Assembly: GCA_965200645.1 (NCBI GenBank)
Contig: CBDAUN010000003.1
Location: 1,472,968-1,536,967 of the forward strand
DNA length: 64,000 bases
Direction of reading: 5' to 3'
Source of the DNA: Arenicellales bacterium
GTDB taxonomy: Bacteria > Pseudomonadota > Gammaproteobacteria > Arenicellales > JAJDZL01
Shown here one piece after another: positions 1 through 11,625 of the stretch. Under the pieces are notes generated by a model that did not search any database, was not told the origin of the DNA, and saw nothing but the letters and a program-made list of their open reading frames with translations. Every line of letters starts with the position of its first letter. The first letter of the stretch is position 1. The position numbers were made by a program, and so were the translations under genes.

Positions 1-732
1 GCGATCTTGGAACAACTGCCATATAGTTCTGATGGATTCGGTTCGGTGCAACACCTGAATGCGACTTTAAAAACTCTGCAGCATGTCCACGACCTGGACC
101 CTGCCGAAGGGCACCAAGAGTTTGCTATTGACGAATATCTCCTTACGGAGTATCGAAAGATTATTGAGTCAAAGCGACTAGCCACTCGTGGTACAACACA
201 CATTTCAATCATTGATCGGCAAGGCAATGCGGCATCCGTAACGATAAGCAACGGCGAAGGATGCGGTGTGATGATTCCGGGCACCGCAGTGATGATGAAC
301 AACATGTTGGGGGAAGAAGACTTGAATCCTGTTGGCCTGACAGGATGGCCCAAGAATACCCGTCTCAGTTCGATGATGTGTCCTGTGATTGGTCGTCAGG
401 ATAACAGTAGACTTATTGCTCTGGGCTCCGGTGGTTCAAACAGAATTCCGTCGGCTATTCAGCAAGTTCTAACCAGTCTAATTGACTATCACATGTCGCC
501 TGAACAGGCGGTTCGTGCCCCACGCGTGCACTACTACGATGGCGTTGCCTATGCAGAAAACTTCTTTGAAGAAAAATCATTGCAGACATCACTTGGTCGA
601 TTTGATGAGCATGTTCTGTTTGATGAACGAAACGTATTTTTCGGCGGCGTGCACACCGTATCCCAGTCCGCTACCGACTCGGATGGGTTCGCCGACGAAC
701 GTCGCGCAGGGCACTGCATCAGCGTCCCTTAA
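1..732 (+). CDS. ggt: gamma-glutamyltransferase, C-terminal part (5' end outside window)
   Basis: The frame is open from base 1. RGTTHISIIDRQGNAASVTISNG matches the GGT autoprocessing/catalytic Thr region, followed by the small subunit. Stop TAA at 730-732. Confidence 0.85.
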   Translation, partial: AILEQLPYSSDGFGSVQHLNATLKTLQHVHDLDPAEGHQEFAIDEYLLTEYRKIIESKRLATRGTTHISIIDRQGNAASVTISNGEGCGVMIPGTAVMMNNMLGEEDLNPVGLTGWPKNTRLSSMMCPVIGRQDNSRLIALGSGGSNRIPSAIQQVLTSLIDYHMSPEQAVRAPRVHYYDGVAYAENFFEEKSLQTSLGRFDEHVLFDERNVFFGGVHTVSQSATDSDGFADERRAGHCISVP

Positions 733-1904
733 TGAAACTGTTTGCATCGATGATCCCCGACCCTCATCGGCGTCGGGTACTGCTTTCAATAATCGCAGTG
801 ATCGCAGTCTATGGCCTATCCATTGGTTTGCTGTTTCCGCTGATCAGTTTAAATATGGAGGCTCGCGGCTATAGTCGTACGATGATTGGCCTGATGGGAG
901 TGATGCCATTTTTGTCATCAATAATTGCCTCTCCATTTACACCGATCATAATGCGTTCAATCAATATAACCCGACTATGCGCAATTTGTATTGCAGCAGA
1001 GGTAGTGCTACTGATTTGCCTGCCACTTTTTGACAGCATTGTTGCATGGTTCATCATTCGATTTTTGATGGGAGTCGCTGGAACTGGACTTTTCGTCGCC
1101 AGTGAAACCTGGATTAACGAAATTGCAGAGGATCACTATCGGGGACGCATCATTGGCATCTATACTTTTATGATCAGCATCACCTTTGCGATTGGCCCTC
1201 TGTTTGTTTTGGTGCTGGGGGTTGAAGGATTCTTACCGTTTGTTGTTCCCGCTTTAATCATTGGATTAGCATTCATCCCCTTGTGGCAAACTCGAGACTC
1301 CAAACCAAATTTTTCGGACAGCAAAGTTTCTCAGGTTTTCGGATTCCTTTGGATATCGCCGGCGCTGGTTGCGGCAGCTGCAATCGTATCTTTTGAGGAA
1401 GCTACATTTGTTACATTGATGCCTGTTTACGCAGTCCGTAATGGTCTGTCTCAAGACAACGCTGCAATTTTTCTTACGATTCTTGCAACCGGTTCTATGG
1501 TGGCACAGCCGTTTGTGGGATGGCTGGCCGATAAACTGGACCGAGTGGCAATTTTGAATGTCTGCGCCGCAGTCACCGTAATTGGGCCAATATTGTTGCC
1601 ATTCGCCATTCAAAACGCAGTGTTTTCTGCAGCAGTGCTGCTGGTCTGGGGTGCAGGAGTAGCTGGAATTTACACAATCGCGATGACACTAATGGGTCAA
1701 CGCTTTCGCGGTGCACAACTGGCTGCAGGTAATGCAATGTTCGGGTTAATGTGGGGTGTGGCTGGATCAGCTGGACCAGCCATCGGCGGTCCGTTGATGG
1801 ATGTTTGGGACCCTCACGGATTTATCGCAGTACTGTTGGTTTTTTCAATTCTGTTTCTTGCCTTTTCGTTATTTCGCAGTAGCCACGAAATGCGCCGCTA
1901 CTAA
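732..1904 (+). CDS. MFS transporter
   Basis: 390 aa with about 12 hydrophobic segments in a typical MFS layout. The start overlaps the ggt stop (TAATG). Confidence 0.8.
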   Translation: MKLFASMIPDPHRRRVLLSIIAVIAVYGLSIGLLFPLISLNMEARGYSRTMIGLMGVMPFLSSIIASPFTPIIMRSINITRLCAICIAAEVVLLICLPLFDSIVAWFIIRFLMGVAGTGLFVASETWINEIAEDHYRGRIIGIYTFMISITFAIGPLFVLVLGVEGFLPFVVPALIIGLAFIPLWQTRDSKPNFSDSKVSQVFGFLWISPALVAAAAIVSFEEATFVTLMPVYAVRNGLSQDNAAIFLTILATGSMVAQPFVGWLADKLDRVAILNVCAAVTVIGPILLPFAIQNAVFSAAVLLVWGAGVAGIYTIAMTLMGQRFRGAQLAAGNAMFGLMWGVAGSAGPAIGGPLMDVWDPHGFIAVLLVFSILFLAFSLFRSSHEMRRY

Positions 1905-3991
1905 GTCGCAGTTGAGCTTGAGCTTCTGAGTTGTTCTAGCAACTCCTCAACCGTGTGACACGGAAGACCGCAGGTATAGTGCCTACAAACATATCCGACA
2001 ACACCGGAACCACTGGTTTGTCTTTCGCGTAACACCCCGGGAAGTGCTTTGCAATCATTTGGGATTGCAAGGACCATTGCATCAAGATCTGGGTGACAAT
2101 CGATTTCCATCTGCCACGGAACCATCTGCTCAGATTCACCTCGAATAACTACTATTGCGCTAGGATGAAACTTTTCGGTAATCGCCATCGCCGCCGTCGC
2201 AAAGGCTGCCGGGATCACCTCAATCGCTGGCTGGATTGCTTCAAGAATTCGTTCGGCGGCACTGACATATCTTGTTTCACCCAACAAGTATCCCAACTTC
2301 AGTAGCACCAGAGCTGCTACTCCGTTTCCGGAAGGTGTCGCATCGTCACTGGCAGGAACAACCTTAGCAATTAACTCTTCATGATCGTCAGACGTGAAAT
2401 ACAAAGCACCGCTGTCAACTTTTACAAAGTGCTTTAAAACGCAGTCGGCTAAATCGATAAGAAAATACAAATCACCTTCATTCCAACGTGCCTGCAATTT
2501 TTGAAGTATGCCGTGAATCAAAAAGACATGGTCATCCAAGTAGGCGTTGAACCTTACATCACCGTCCTTAGCAACGGCAAGCAGTCGACCCTGTTGCCAT
2601 AGATTATGCTTGATGAACTCCAAAGCACGTTCGGCTGAATCAATAAATTTGGGTTGCTTGAGCAGTCTGCCTGTCGTCGCCATCGCACCGATCATCAAGC
2701 CATTCCAAGATGTGAGTATCTTTTCATCTCTACTCGGTCGCACCCGCTTCCCTCGTTCGGTAAACAACTTTGACCTCGCCGACTCTAGCAAAGTTACAGT
2801 GTCATCCGTTGATAGATTGCTGCGCTTGGCAACGTCTTCGATACCGGTTTCAATACATAGATTCCATTTTCCTTCAAAATTGGGTACACCACGCAAACCA
2901 TGACGTATTTCGAGGGTGGTGAACTCCTCTTTGGTTAGAACATTTTGCAATTCACTCACTGTCCAGACATAAAACTTGCCTTCTTCACCTTCAGAGTCAG
3001 CATCCAGAGTAGAAAAATAACCACCGTTAGAGGATTGCATTTCACGCATCACCCATTTTCCGGTATCAATAGCTATCCTTTCGAAACCGCTTTCCTTTTT
3101 CAAATACGCAGCTCGCGCATAAACCGACATAAGTTGTGCATTGTCGTAAAGCATTTTTTCAAAATGTGGGATTTTCCATTGCGCATCGACTGAATACCGG
3201 CAAAACCCTCCACCTACTTGGTCATAAATACCACCTGCCGCCATTGCTTCAAGCGTGTGGAGTGCTATGAGGTGAGCTGTATTGCCAGAGCCGGATTCAC
3301 ATCCACCCTTGTCCACAAAATTCAGCAAAAAAGCCAATGGTGCTGGACTTGGGAATTTCGGTGGCTCTCCAAATCCACCATAAACGGGGTCGTACTGCTC
3401 GTACAATCCGTCTACAGCGATGGCTGGCAGTTCCTTGTCCTGTAACTTTGTAGCTTGACTAGGAATATCTCCAATCGTATTGAGAGCCACTTTAAGTTCA
3501 CCATACTTGTCGTCAAACTTGCCTTTGCTGGCCTTAACATGATAGTTGACTCGTTCAAGCAGATGCTTGAAACTGGACATATCGCCAACAGGAACCGGCG
3601 GGAAATAGGTGCCCATGAAAATAGGCACTTGATCGGATGGTCTCAAAAAAGCCGTCAATGGCCAACCACCGGGTCTATGGGTTAAAAGTTGATGAGCCAG
3701 CTGATAGATTTTGTCTATGTCTGGTCGTTCCTCTCGATCAACCTTGATAGATACGAAGTACTTATTCATTAACTTCGCAGTTTCTGGGTCTTCAAAAGAT
3801 TCGCGTTCCATGACATGGCACCAGTGGCAGGCTGAATATCCAATTGAGAGCAAAATTGTCTTGTTTTCTTTTTTTGCCTTTTCAAGAGCTTCGGTTCCCC
3901 AAGGAAACCAATCTACGGGGTTATATGCATGCTGAAGCAAGTACGGACTTGATTCACTAATGAGTCGGTTTGGGTTGTCTGACTTTTCCAT
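1901..3991 (-). CDS. thioredoxin-domain protein of the DUF255/YyaL family
   Basis: The N-terminus [47 protein letters not shown] is the hallmark of this family. 696 aa with a long alpha-toroid-like C-terminal region. Confidence 0.8.
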   Translation of the reverse strand: MEKSDNPNRLISESSPYLLQHAYNPVDWFPWGTEALEKAKKENKTILLSIGYSACHWCHVMERESFEDPETAKLMNKYFVSIKVDREERPDIDKIYQLAHQLLTHRPGGWPLTAFLRPSDQVPIFMGTYFPPVPVGDMSSFKHLLERVNYHVKASKGKFDDKYGELKVALNTIGDIPSQATKLQDKELPAIAVDGLYEQYDPVYGGFGEPPKFPSPAPLAFLLNFVDKGGCESGSGNTAHLIALHTLEAMAAGGIYDQVGGGFCRYSVDAQWKIPHFEKMLYDNAQLMSVYARAAYLKKESGFERIAIDTGKWVMREMQSSNGGYFSTLDADSEGEEGKFYVWTVSELQNVLTKEEFTTLEIRHGLRGVPNFEGKWNLCIETGIEDVAKRSNLSTDDTVTLLESARSKLFTERGKRVRPSRDEKILTSWNGLMIGAMATTGRLLKQPKFIDSAERALEFIKHNLWQQGRLLAVAKDGDVRFNAYLDDHVFLIHGILQKLQARWNEGDLYFLIDLADCVLKHFVKVDSGALYFTSDDHEELIAKVVPASDDATPSGNGVAALVLLKLGYLLGETRYVSAAERILEAIQPAIEVIPAAFATAAMAITEKFHPSAIVVIRGESEQMVPWQMEIDCHPDLDAMVLAIPNDCKALPGVLRERQTSGSGVVGYVCRHYTCGLPCHTVEELLEQLRSSSSTAT

Positions 3992-4099
3992 GAATTAATC
4001 GAATATGACGGTGAATAGGGTATTATGATTTAACGGCACACGAACCTGAATCAAGGCAACCTCCGATACAGATAAAGGCTTTTTGGCTTACTCCACTTA

Positions 4100-4963
4100 G
4101 TGTGTTCATTCATATTGTCAGTTATGCTCAATGATTTTTCAAATTTTCTTTTTATTGCGACTAATTTAGTGATGAACTTCCCGGTAATAGATGCGGTAGC
4201 TTTCTCACTTGGTCCAGTCAGTATTCACTGGTACGGCCTGTCCTATATTGCTGGAATATTGGCAGCTGTTATACTCGGTCGCTATCGAGCAAAAAAGCAA
4301 GATTTTATGGTATCAAAGGATGCTGTTATTGATCTTGTCGCCTATGTTGCATTTTTTGCAATAATTGGCGGAAGGCTGGGATATACGCTGATTTACGAGT
4401 TCGGTCACTACGCCTACAACCCCCTCGATATTTTTAAGGTATGGCGAGGCGGAATGTCGTTTCATGGTGGATTTGTTGGTTCTATTGCAGGTGTCTGGCT
4501 TTACGCCTATCGCAGAAATTATTCCTTTCTCGACTTGACTGACTTTCTTGCACCGCTATCTGCCGTAGGTCTGTTTTTTGGACGAATTGCCAACTTCATA
4601 AATCAAGAGTTGTGGGGCCGGCCGGCCGAAGTGGCTTGGGCAATAGTCTTTCCGAACGATCCGGAACAATTACCAAGACATCCTTCCCAAATCTATGAAG
4701 CCGTATTGGAAGGTGCCATATTGTTTGTTGTGTTGTGGGTTTTTTCGCTAAAGAAAAGACGGCGAGGATTGATCTCGGCATTATTTTTGATGCTTTACGG
4801 TGTATTTCGTTTCCTTGTGGAATTCACCAGAGAACCCGATGCCCACTTAAACTTTATTCTTTGGGGCTGGCTCACAATGGGGCAATTGCTTTCAGTACCT
4901 TTAGTCGTGGCTGGCATCTGGATGTGGCTTAGGATGTCAAACGCAAACAATAACTCTAACTAA
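4100..4963 (+). CDS. lgt: prolipoprotein diacylglyceryl transferase
   Basis: Motifs HWYGLSYIAGI, GGRLGY, GGMSFHGGFVG and GRIANFINQELWGRP. The true start is probably an internal ATG at 4124 or 4172 (MNFPVIDAVAFSLGPV aligns with the Lgt N-terminus). Confidence 0.9.
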   Translation: MCSFILSVMLNDFSNFLFIATNLVMNFPVIDAVAFSLGPVSIHWYGLSYIAGILAAVILGRYRAKKQDFMVSKDAVIDLVAYVAFFAIIGGRLGYTLIYEFGHYAYNPLDIFKVWRGGMSFHGGFVGSIAGVWLYAYRRNYSFLDLTDFLAPLSAVGLFFGRIANFINQELWGRPAEVAWAIVFPNDPEQLPRHPSQIYEAVLEGAILFVVLWVFSLKKRRRGLISALFLMLYGVFRFLVEFTREPDAHLNFILWGWLTMGQLLSVPLVVAGIWMWLRMSNANNNSN

Positions 4964-4978
4964 GTTAATTAGACATCT

Positions 4979-5485
4979 ATGGTTGACAAACAAGCAATTC
5001 GTTTGGTCCAGTCACTCGATGCTTTAGGAGTGGATTACGAATTACTCGAGTGTGACCCTCAACTTGCGGACACTGAAACCTACTGTAAGAACTATGGCTG
5101 TGCATTAAAAGACTGTGCTAACACCATCGTCGTAAAATCAAAAACCGGCGAAGCAAAATTCGCTGCATGCGTGGTCTTGGCAACAACACGTTTAGACGTC
5201 AATAATGTCGTACGAAAGAAACTTGGCAGTCGTAAGGCATCATTCGCATCAGCCGAAGAAACTCAGGAAATGACCGGTATGGCAATTGGTGGCGTCACGC
5301 CGATAGGACTGCCGTTAACCATACCTTTATGGGTTGACCAAGCGGTTATGGGGCGAAAATCAATCGTTCTCGGTGGGTCGAGTCGCTCGCTTAAGTTAAA
5401 GGTGTCGCCGGATTTGTTTCTTCAAACCCCAAATACAGAAATTGTCGAGCAACTTGCCCGTCCGTTCACTCGGGAAGCAACCTAG
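4979..5485 (+). CDS. YbaK/ProX-type aminoacyl-tRNA deacylase domain protein
   Basis: 168 aa. The ...KSKTGEAKFAACVVLATTRLD...MAIGGVTPIGL... pattern is typical of YbaK/EbsC editing domains. Confidence 0.65.
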   Translation: MVDKQAIRLVQSLDALGVDYELLECDPQLADTETYCKNYGCALKDCANTIVVKSKTGEAKFAACVVLATTRLDVNNVVRKKLGSRKASFASAEETQEMTGMAIGGVTPIGLPLTIPLWVDQAVMGRKSIVLGGSSRSLKLKVSPDLFLQTPNTEIVEQLARPFTREAT

Positions 5486-5792
5486 AGTAGAACGGCCACC
5501 ACGCTGCAAAGAGCAACACCATGGCGAGCAAGTCATATAGAATCATTTTGCGATAGCGGCTTTTGGCTGACTCATCTTTGCCCGACATCATGATCCCGCA
5601 CATCGTCATATCCAGCGGAAGCACAAAAAACATCATTGGCACGATTGCAGGAACGATCAATGTAGGAAATATCATGACCCCAGTCTTTTGCATCTCCCCA
5701 AGCGAAAATGCAGCTGTCACGATCATCAATATGATTGACAAATAGAGCATAAAGCGCAGTGGACCAAAAAAATTTATTAATCTTCGAATCAT
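5466..5792 (-). CDS. small integral membrane protein, unknown function
   Basis: 108 aa with three clear hydrophobic helices and no competing ORF. Convergent 20-nt overlap with the preceding gene. Confidence 0.4.
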   Translation of the reverse strand: MIRRLINFFGPLRFMLYLSIILMIVTAAFSLGEMQKTGVMIFPTLIVPAIVPMMFFVLPLDMTMCGIMMSGKDESAKSRYRKMILYDLLAMVLLFAAWWPFYSRLLPE

Positions 5793-5825
5793 TTTGTTAA
5801 ATCTAGACTTAAGACGAAAAAAGTG

Positions 5826-6599
5826 TCACCTGGTTTTGCCGGCTCGTGCTCGCACTGCCTCACGATACTCAATAATTCGCCCAATTAAATTTGGAGCTTG
5901 AACTGATCGTCTCAAATCTTCCATGTCTTGCTCCCGTGAATCAGGTGTAGTCATCACAAGCATATTATCCACAAACTCCTTCTTGACTGCGCTTCCAGCT
6001 TGAGTGGCAGCTTCGATAATTTCGGGCCATTGTGATGAATCAGCAATTTGCGTCAAAAATCCAATTCGGGATGCTTCTTGTGCATCGAGAACGGGTGTAT
6101 TAATCAGCATTCGCTGGGCGTTGTCGCTGCCAATCTTCTGTGCGAGACGTCGCGTGCCAAGATAGATTCCAAAATTCAATCCCGGCAGGCAAAAATGCGA
6201 GTCACTGGTTGCAATTCTCCAGCGACAAGCACATACCAGATCTGCACCGGCCCCAAATGCCTTGCCGTGAACCAATGCCACACTCAGCAACGGCGCATGA
6301 TGTAGTGCCTGAAGCATCTGTTCGACATTCAAGATTCGTTCTGCTACAGCAGCGTCGTTGGACAATTCAAGATTGCCAAGATCGAATCCTGAACAAAATG
6401 ACTTACCATTCCCCATAAGAACGAGAGTTCGTGTTCCGTCTTCACAGGAAGTATCAATGGCGTGCTTCAATTCAGACACCAGTTCCGCACTAAGCGAATT
6501 TGCTCGCTCCGGACGGTTCAAACGCAGAATTTTTGTTGTGCTATCACGTTCTTGAAGCAATAAACTCAAAGTATTTCTCCCAGATTTCAATGTGTTCAA
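5826..6599 (-). CDS. enoyl-CoA hydratase/isomerase (crotonase) family protein
   Basis: 257 aa. NRPERANSLS, FCSGFDL and GKAFGAGADL are crotonase-fold oxyanion-hole motifs. Confidence 0.8.
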   Translation of the reverse strand: MNTLKSGRNTLSLLLQERDSTTKILRLNRPERANSLSAELVSELKHAIDTSCEDGTRTLVLMGNGKSFCSGFDLGNLELSNDAAVAERILNVEQMLQALHHAPLLSVALVHGKAFGAGADLVCACRWRIATSDSHFCLPGLNFGIYLGTRRLAQKIGSDNAQRMLINTPVLDAQEASRIGFLTQIADSSQWPEIIEAATQAGSAVKKEFVDNMLVMTTPDSREQDMEDLRRSVQAPNLIGRIIEYREAVRARAGKTR

Positions 6600-6722
6600 T
6601 AGTATTGAGGCTTGTTAAATGCTTTATCGAAAAAGGCTCGCTAATTGGAGCCTATCAATGTTGCACTTATAATTTTGCCAAAATAATTTCCGTTCACGTC
6701 ACTTAATTCTAACCAGTAAATT

Positions 6723-7712
6723 ATGCAAGCGAACCCAATTTTAGTGGAATCCATCCGTGGTGAAATGGTAGAAAGTTTTTATCGCGGAGCCATTGCTGTA
6801 GTAGATGCCCAAGGAGTCTTAATCGATGAAGTTGGAGACATTCGACGACCGATATATCCAAGGTCGGCAATCAAACCATTGCAGGCTACAATCCTGGTCG
6901 AATCAGGAGCACTTGATTTTTACAATCTGACAGACAAAGAACTTGCTCTTGCGTGTGCTTCACATTCGGGTCAATTGCAACACGTCAGTGGGGTTGCGAA
7001 GTGGCTGGAGCAAATCGGCCTGAACGAAAATGCACTGGAATGTGGAGCACATCCTCCCACCCATCGGGAAAGCCGTAACCAACTGATTCGTGGTAACTCG
7101 TCTCCTCGTACTCTTCACAACAACTGTTCGGGAAAGCATTGTGGTTTTCTGAGTGTTGCAAAATTTAGAGACTATCCTACTGTGGGATATATCAACATTT
7201 CGCATCCGGTTCAGCAAGAAGTCCTGAGTATGCTAGAGGAATTGACAGAAGAGTCCTTGGCATCGCCCCCACCGGCCGTAGATGGTTGCGGAATCCCCAC
7301 TCCTGGAATTTCACTATTTGGCATCGCCACTGCATTTTCAAAGCTGGCTGCTGGTAAAACCCCTGCGTCCCTTCGGATTATTGATGCAATGAGGAAAAAT
7401 CCGTTTTTGGTTGGCGGTACCAACAGATTTTGTACTGCTGTACCAGAACAAACCCATGGTAAGGTGCTCGTCAAAGTTGGCGCCGAAGGGGTGTATGCAG
7501 GAATAATGCTTGAAGGTCGCAAGCTGGGCTTTGCACTGAAGATGGACGACGGTACAAGAACCGCAGCGGAAGTCGCTGCGGGAGGCATCGTTATCCGGCA
7601 CGGTAATCTGGACAATGATGAAATAACATCCCTAAGAGAACGCTTCAACCCAATTGTGCGGAATGTTGCAGGACGAGATGTTGGCGTGCTTCGAGCAGTT
7701 CAGAATTGTTAA
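6723..7712 (+). CDS. asparaginase family 2 (Rhizobium-type L-asparaginase II) protein
   Basis: 329 aa. PRSAIKPLQA, ASHSG, NNCSGKHCGFL and KVGAEGV are motifs of this family. Confidence 0.7.
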   Translation: MQANPILVESIRGEMVESFYRGAIAVVDAQGVLIDEVGDIRRPIYPRSAIKPLQATILVESGALDFYNLTDKELALACASHSGQLQHVSGVAKWLEQIGLNENALECGAHPPTHRESRNQLIRGNSSPRTLHNNCSGKHCGFLSVAKFRDYPTVGYINISHPVQQEVLSMLEELTEESLASPPPAVDGCGIPTPGISLFGIATAFSKLAAGKTPASLRIIDAMRKNPFLVGGTNRFCTAVPEQTHGKVLVKVGAEGVYAGIMLEGRKLGFALKMDDGTRTAAEVAAGGIVIRHGNLDNDEITSLRERFNPIVRNVAGRDVGVLRAVQNC

Positions 7713-7764
7713 GTCACGTCAATGGCTCTGGAGCATCGATGTTGATAAAGCGTGTTTTCGCGAA

Positions 7765-8781
7765 TTAGCTAGTCAGAAAGAAGTTTTTGAATCCTGTTAC
7801 CAGACACTCCGCCGCCTCACGACCGACGTCCAAGTGGCAGACAATTCTTAAAGGCTCAGTATCGTACAGCAACACTCCATGCTTCCGTAGATAGGCAACT
7901 AACTCCAAAGCTTTACCATCTTTCACTGCAACAAACACCATATTCGTTTGCATGTTGTGAAATTTCACCTCAATTCCATCAATGCCATCGAGTTGGTCAG
8001 CGAGCCACTTTGCGTTTTCGTGATCTTCGGCTAGACGTTCCACGTTATTTTCGACAGCATAGATTGCTGCTGCCGCAATAATGCCACCTTGGCGTGTCCC
8101 GCCGCCAAGTAGTTTTCGCCACCTTCGGGCGCGTCGAATGATTTCATGCTCCCCGCACAAAATGGACCCAACTGGAGCACCGAGTCCCTTGGAAAAGCAT
8201 GCTGAAATGGTGTCGAATTTTCTTGTAATCTCTGCCACCTCTACTCCACAACGCACCGCAGCATTAAAAACTCGAGCGCCATCCAAGTGCGAAGCCAAGC
8301 CGTTGTCCTGCGCGAACTTACTGGCTTGCTGTAAGTAGTCTAGCGGCAGTGCCCTACCGCCATTCGTATTTTCCAAACAAAACAATCGGGTATTTGCAAA
8401 GTGATCGTCATCTGGCTTGATCGCGTTTTTTGCCATTTCAAGATCAATCGTACCGTCAGCAGTGAAATTTAAAGGCTGCGGCTGAATGCTGCCCAACACT
8501 GCTCCGCCGCCGCCTTCATACTTGTATGTATGGGCAGTTTGGCCAACAATGTACTCATCACCACGTTCGCAATGCGCCAGCAAACCGAGCAAATTTCCCT
8601 GAGTACCGCTGGTTACGAATAATCCCGCCTCCTTACCGAATTTTTCTGCCATCAGTTCTTCCAGCCGATTGATCGAGGGGTCTTCACGGCACACATCATC
8701 TCCAACTTCTGCCCGATACATGGCATCTCTCATGCCGTGTGTAGGCTTTGTAACAGTATCACTTCGAAAATCGTAAACCAC
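7765..8781 (-). CDS. ltaE: low-specificity L-threonine aldolase
   Basis: DFRSDTVTKPT N-terminus, TSGTQGNL, and the FSKGLGAPVGS PLP-lysine region. 338 aa. Confidence 0.85.
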   Translation of the reverse strand: MVYDFRSDTVTKPTHGMRDAMYRAEVGDDVCREDPSINRLEELMAEKFGKEAGLFVTSGTQGNLLGLLAHCERGDEYIVGQTAHTYKYEGGGGAVLGSIQPQPLNFTADGTIDLEMAKNAIKPDDDHFANTRLFCLENTNGGRALPLDYLQQASKFAQDNGLASHLDGARVFNAAVRCGVEVAEITRKFDTISACFSKGLGAPVGSILCGEHEIIRRARRWRKLLGGGTRQGGIIAAAAIYAVENNVERLAEDHENAKWLADQLDGIDGIEVKFHNMQTNMVFVAVKDGKALELVAYLRKHGVLLYDTEPLRIVCHLDVGREAAECLVTGFKNFFLTS

Positions 8782-8887
8782 TATCTAAATCTCACGTTAA
8801 TATAAAATTTGAAAAATCATACACGACAATTGCTTAATTTGTCCCAATGTTCGCTACCATACAAACTCAAATTCCCATTAGCAGTCG

Positions 8888-10018
8888 ATGAAACAAGAAC
8901 CCTCATTCACCATCGGAATTGAAGAAGAGTATATGCTGATACATGCAGACACTCTCGACCTTGTCCAAACGATGCCTCACGGTTTGATGGAGGATTGTCA
9001 GAAAACTCTCGGCAAACAAGTGACTAAAGAGTATTTGCAGTGTCAGATAGAAGTTGGCACAATGGTATGTGAATCCGTCCAACAGGCTCGTGAGGAGCTG
9101 GCTTACTATCGACGTACGCTGAAGAACATTGTAGAAAACCATGGGTGTCACATTTTTGCGGCATCCACTCATCCGTTTTCACAATTGGCCGTTCAGCACT
9201 CTGATGGTCAAAGATACACGGACATGACAGAACAGTTACAGGCTGTTGCCAGGCGTCTGACTATTTCGGGCATGCATGTACACGTGGGAATTGACAATGA
9301 TGACTTGCGCATTGACTTGATGAATCAGGCAATCTATACGCTGCCACACTTTCTTGCACTGAGCACTTCATCACCGTTTTGGAAGGGTCAGGACACCGGA
9401 TTGAAGGCTTATCGCACTACTGTGTTTGACGAACTGCCGCGAACTGGGCTGCCCGAGCAGTTCGACAGTTATTCAGACTACAAGAGCATGGTTGATGTGC
9501 TAGTAGATGGCGGCATTATTGAAGATGCATCAAAGTTGTGGTGGGATATTCGACCAAGCGCCAAATTTCCGACATTGGAAATGCGCATAACAGATATTTG
9601 CACCAACATAGATGACACCGTCGCCATTGCGGCTGCTTTTCGATGTTGGCTGCGCATGCTGCATCGACTCAAGCAGAATAATCAAAGGTGGCGGATTTAC
9701 AAAAGATTCCTGATTGCTGAAAACCGCTGGCGTGCGGCTCGGTATGGAATTGACGAAAGGTTGTTCGATTTTGGCACTGGATATTTAGTCGAATTTCAAC
9801 AATTACTAAATGAATTAATTGAGTTGATTGATGAAGACGCAAAATTCTTCAACTGTGTCAATGAGATTAATCACCTTCAGACAATTTACCAGCGTGGTAC
9901 AAGTGCTCATCATCAACTGGAAGTCTTTCGGTCTGCCGTAGAAGGCGGACAATCTGAAGAGCAGGCTCTGAAGGGAGTAGTACGCTACCTGATTAAGGAG
10001 ACTCAGTCCGGAGTTTAA
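8888..10018 (+). CDS. ybdK: carboxylate-amine ligase (glutamate-cysteine ligase family 2, YbdK type)
   Basis: FTIGIEEEYML N-terminus, GMHVHVGI, WWDIRPS..FPTLEMRI. 376 aa. Confidence 0.85.
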   Translation: MKQEPSFTIGIEEEYMLIHADTLDLVQTMPHGLMEDCQKTLGKQVTKEYLQCQIEVGTMVCESVQQAREELAYYRRTLKNIVENHGCHIFAASTHPFSQLAVQHSDGQRYTDMTEQLQAVARRLTISGMHVHVGIDNDDLRIDLMNQAIYTLPHFLALSTSSPFWKGQDTGLKAYRTTVFDELPRTGLPEQFDSYSDYKSMVDVLVDGGIIEDASKLWWDIRPSAKFPTLEMRITDICTNIDDTVAIAAAFRCWLRMLHRLKQNNQRWRIYKRFLIAENRWRAARYGIDERLFDFGTGYLVEFQQLLNELIELIDEDAKFFNCVNEINHLQTIYQRGTSAHHQLEVFRSAVEGGQSEEQALKGVVRYLIKETQSGV

Positions 10019-10032
10019 ACCACACCGTCGAG

Positions 10033-11625
10033 TCAACAATAAAATTCAGCTGTCCCATCTCTGTTGACCTGGTCCATTAACTGAACTTCCCAGTCAAGGT
10101 AGGCCTGCATACGTTGTTCCTGCCCCTCTTCGCGATCATATGGCCGGTCCCACACGTCATCAACTTCGCACAGTACCGGCTCCATACCCTCAACAAAGTT
10201 ATAACCCTCCTCAGTCCACGACTGGTTTCCGCCCCTGAGTACACGAACTAGTTGGCGGGGGTTAGATTTGGCAAGATCGTTGGCGGCCAAGTGAGCCACG
10301 ATACCATCCTCGGATGTTAGCACTAACAGTCCGATGGGAGGTATAAGAGCAAGTGCAGCATCAAGACGCTGGCGCACGCACCAGATTGCAGTTTCGATAT
10401 GTCCTTTTCGAAAGTTTCGACTGCTTGATAAATCGATAATGCTTGAGGATTCACCTGACTGCATTACCGCTTTCAATTCGCCTGCCTCAATGATTTGAGC
10501 TTCCTGAAGCCCAGCAACATTATTCACGGGTGGTCCGTGGTCAGTCAACGAACCTTCCAATCCATCAACCAATACGTGGATATCACGGTGTCCCATTTGC
10601 ATTAGCCACGAAGCGGTCATAACGGCACGAACGGTTCGGTCGTCTACCAACACCGTCCTGGCATTATGCACTGCAATGTGCTCATCAGTTGTTTGTACCA
10701 ATTGACCCCCTGCGACATATTTTGCATCAGCCAGATGTCCTGCCTCATACTCTTCAATCGTCCTAACGTCAAATAGATACAAGGTACGAGACTCGTCTTT
10801 TCGCCAATCAATCAGTGTATCCAGACTGATAAATGACACATCGTAATCCTTTGCTACCTTGTTGGCTGCTTGTTGGGACTTGTTGAAGCTTAACTGTGAA
10901 GGCCAAGGAGCCTTTTCGACCTTTTTACTGTCTAGATTCAACCCAGCAAGATGCCAACCCATCGTACCGTCCTTGAGCAACATAACTCGGTTTGGCACAC
11001 CGGCATTGATTAATGATTGTGCTCCCACAATGCTTCGTGTTCGACCAGCACAATTGACAATGACGTCGGTGTCGGGATCGGGCGCAACTTCAAACACTCT
11101 ATGCACCAACTCTGCCCCTGGAGAGTCAATACCGTGCGGAATACTCATTTCGTAAAACTCATCTGAGGGACGTGAATCAAGAATCACCAAGTTATCGCCG
11201 CCCTTTACTCTGTCGTTGAGTCGTTTCGCTTCAATTTCTGGGGGCTTGCGGGTTTGCAGTAAAAATTCACCAAACGCTTTACTGGGAACATTCAACCCCG
11301 AAAATAATTCAAACCCTTGTTTCCGCCAACCATCAACTCCACCCTCCAGAACACTCACTTCTGGATAGCCTAATTCGAGGAGTTTAATCTGAGCCCGAAA
11401 AGCCGGGCCATTGTCCTTACCTGATGTGTCGTATACAACAATGGAAACTGTTTTTCTGGGAATTAACGCAATGATTCGAAGCTCAAGCAGGCTCAGAGGG
11501 ATATTGGAAGCCCAAAACAGGTGACAGTCAAAATATACCCCCTCTTCCCTGACGTCTAATATTGCTAGTTCTGTTCGTTCCAGGATCGTCCGCTTTATCT
11601 GTTGTGGATTAAGCGTCTTTTTCAT
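10033..11625 (-). CDS. multi-rhodanese sulfurtransferase (four tandem rhodanese-like domains)
   Basis: 530 aa, about four 125-aa repeats. Only one domain has a catalytic loop, CAGRTRS (Cys192, codon 11050-11052); the others have non-Cys loops. ATGA overlap with the upstream cupin gene. Confidence 0.8.
   Translation of the reverse strand: MKKTLNPQQIKRTILERTELAILDVREEGVYFDCHLFWASNIPLSLLELRIIALIPRKTVSIVVYDTSGKDNGPAFRAQIKLLELGYPEVSVLEGGVDGWRKQGFELFSGLNVPSKAFGEFLLQTRKPPEIEAKRLNDRVKGGDNLVILDSRPSDEFYEMSIPHGIDSPGAELVHRVFEVAPDPDTDVIVNCAGRTRSIVGAQSLINAGVPNRVMLLKDGTMGWHLAGLNLDSKKVEKAPWPSQLSFNKSQQAANKVAKDYDVSFISLDTLIDWRKDESRTLYLFDVRTIEEYEAGHLADAKYVAGGQLVQTTDEHIAVHNARTVLVDDRTVRAVMTASWLMQMGHRDIHVLVDGLEGSLTDHGPPVNNVAGLQEAQIIEAGELKAVMQSGESSSIIDLSSSRNFRKGHIETAIWCVRQRLDAALALIPPIGLLVLTSEDGIVAHLAANDLAKSNPRQLVRVLRGGNQSWTEEGYNFVEGMEPVLCEVDDVWDRPYDREEGQEQRMQAYLDWEVQLMDQVNRDGTAEFYC

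Noticed and set aside
7211-7648. 145-aa antisense ORF inside the asparaginase-family gene. Similar shadow ORFs occur at 15400-15825, 41207-41740, 44866-45297, 45599-45943 and 46102-46431.
   Set aside because: All lie wholly within, or out of frame with, strongly motif-supported genes. They have low-complexity or Ser/Arg/Pro-rich translations typical of shadow frames.
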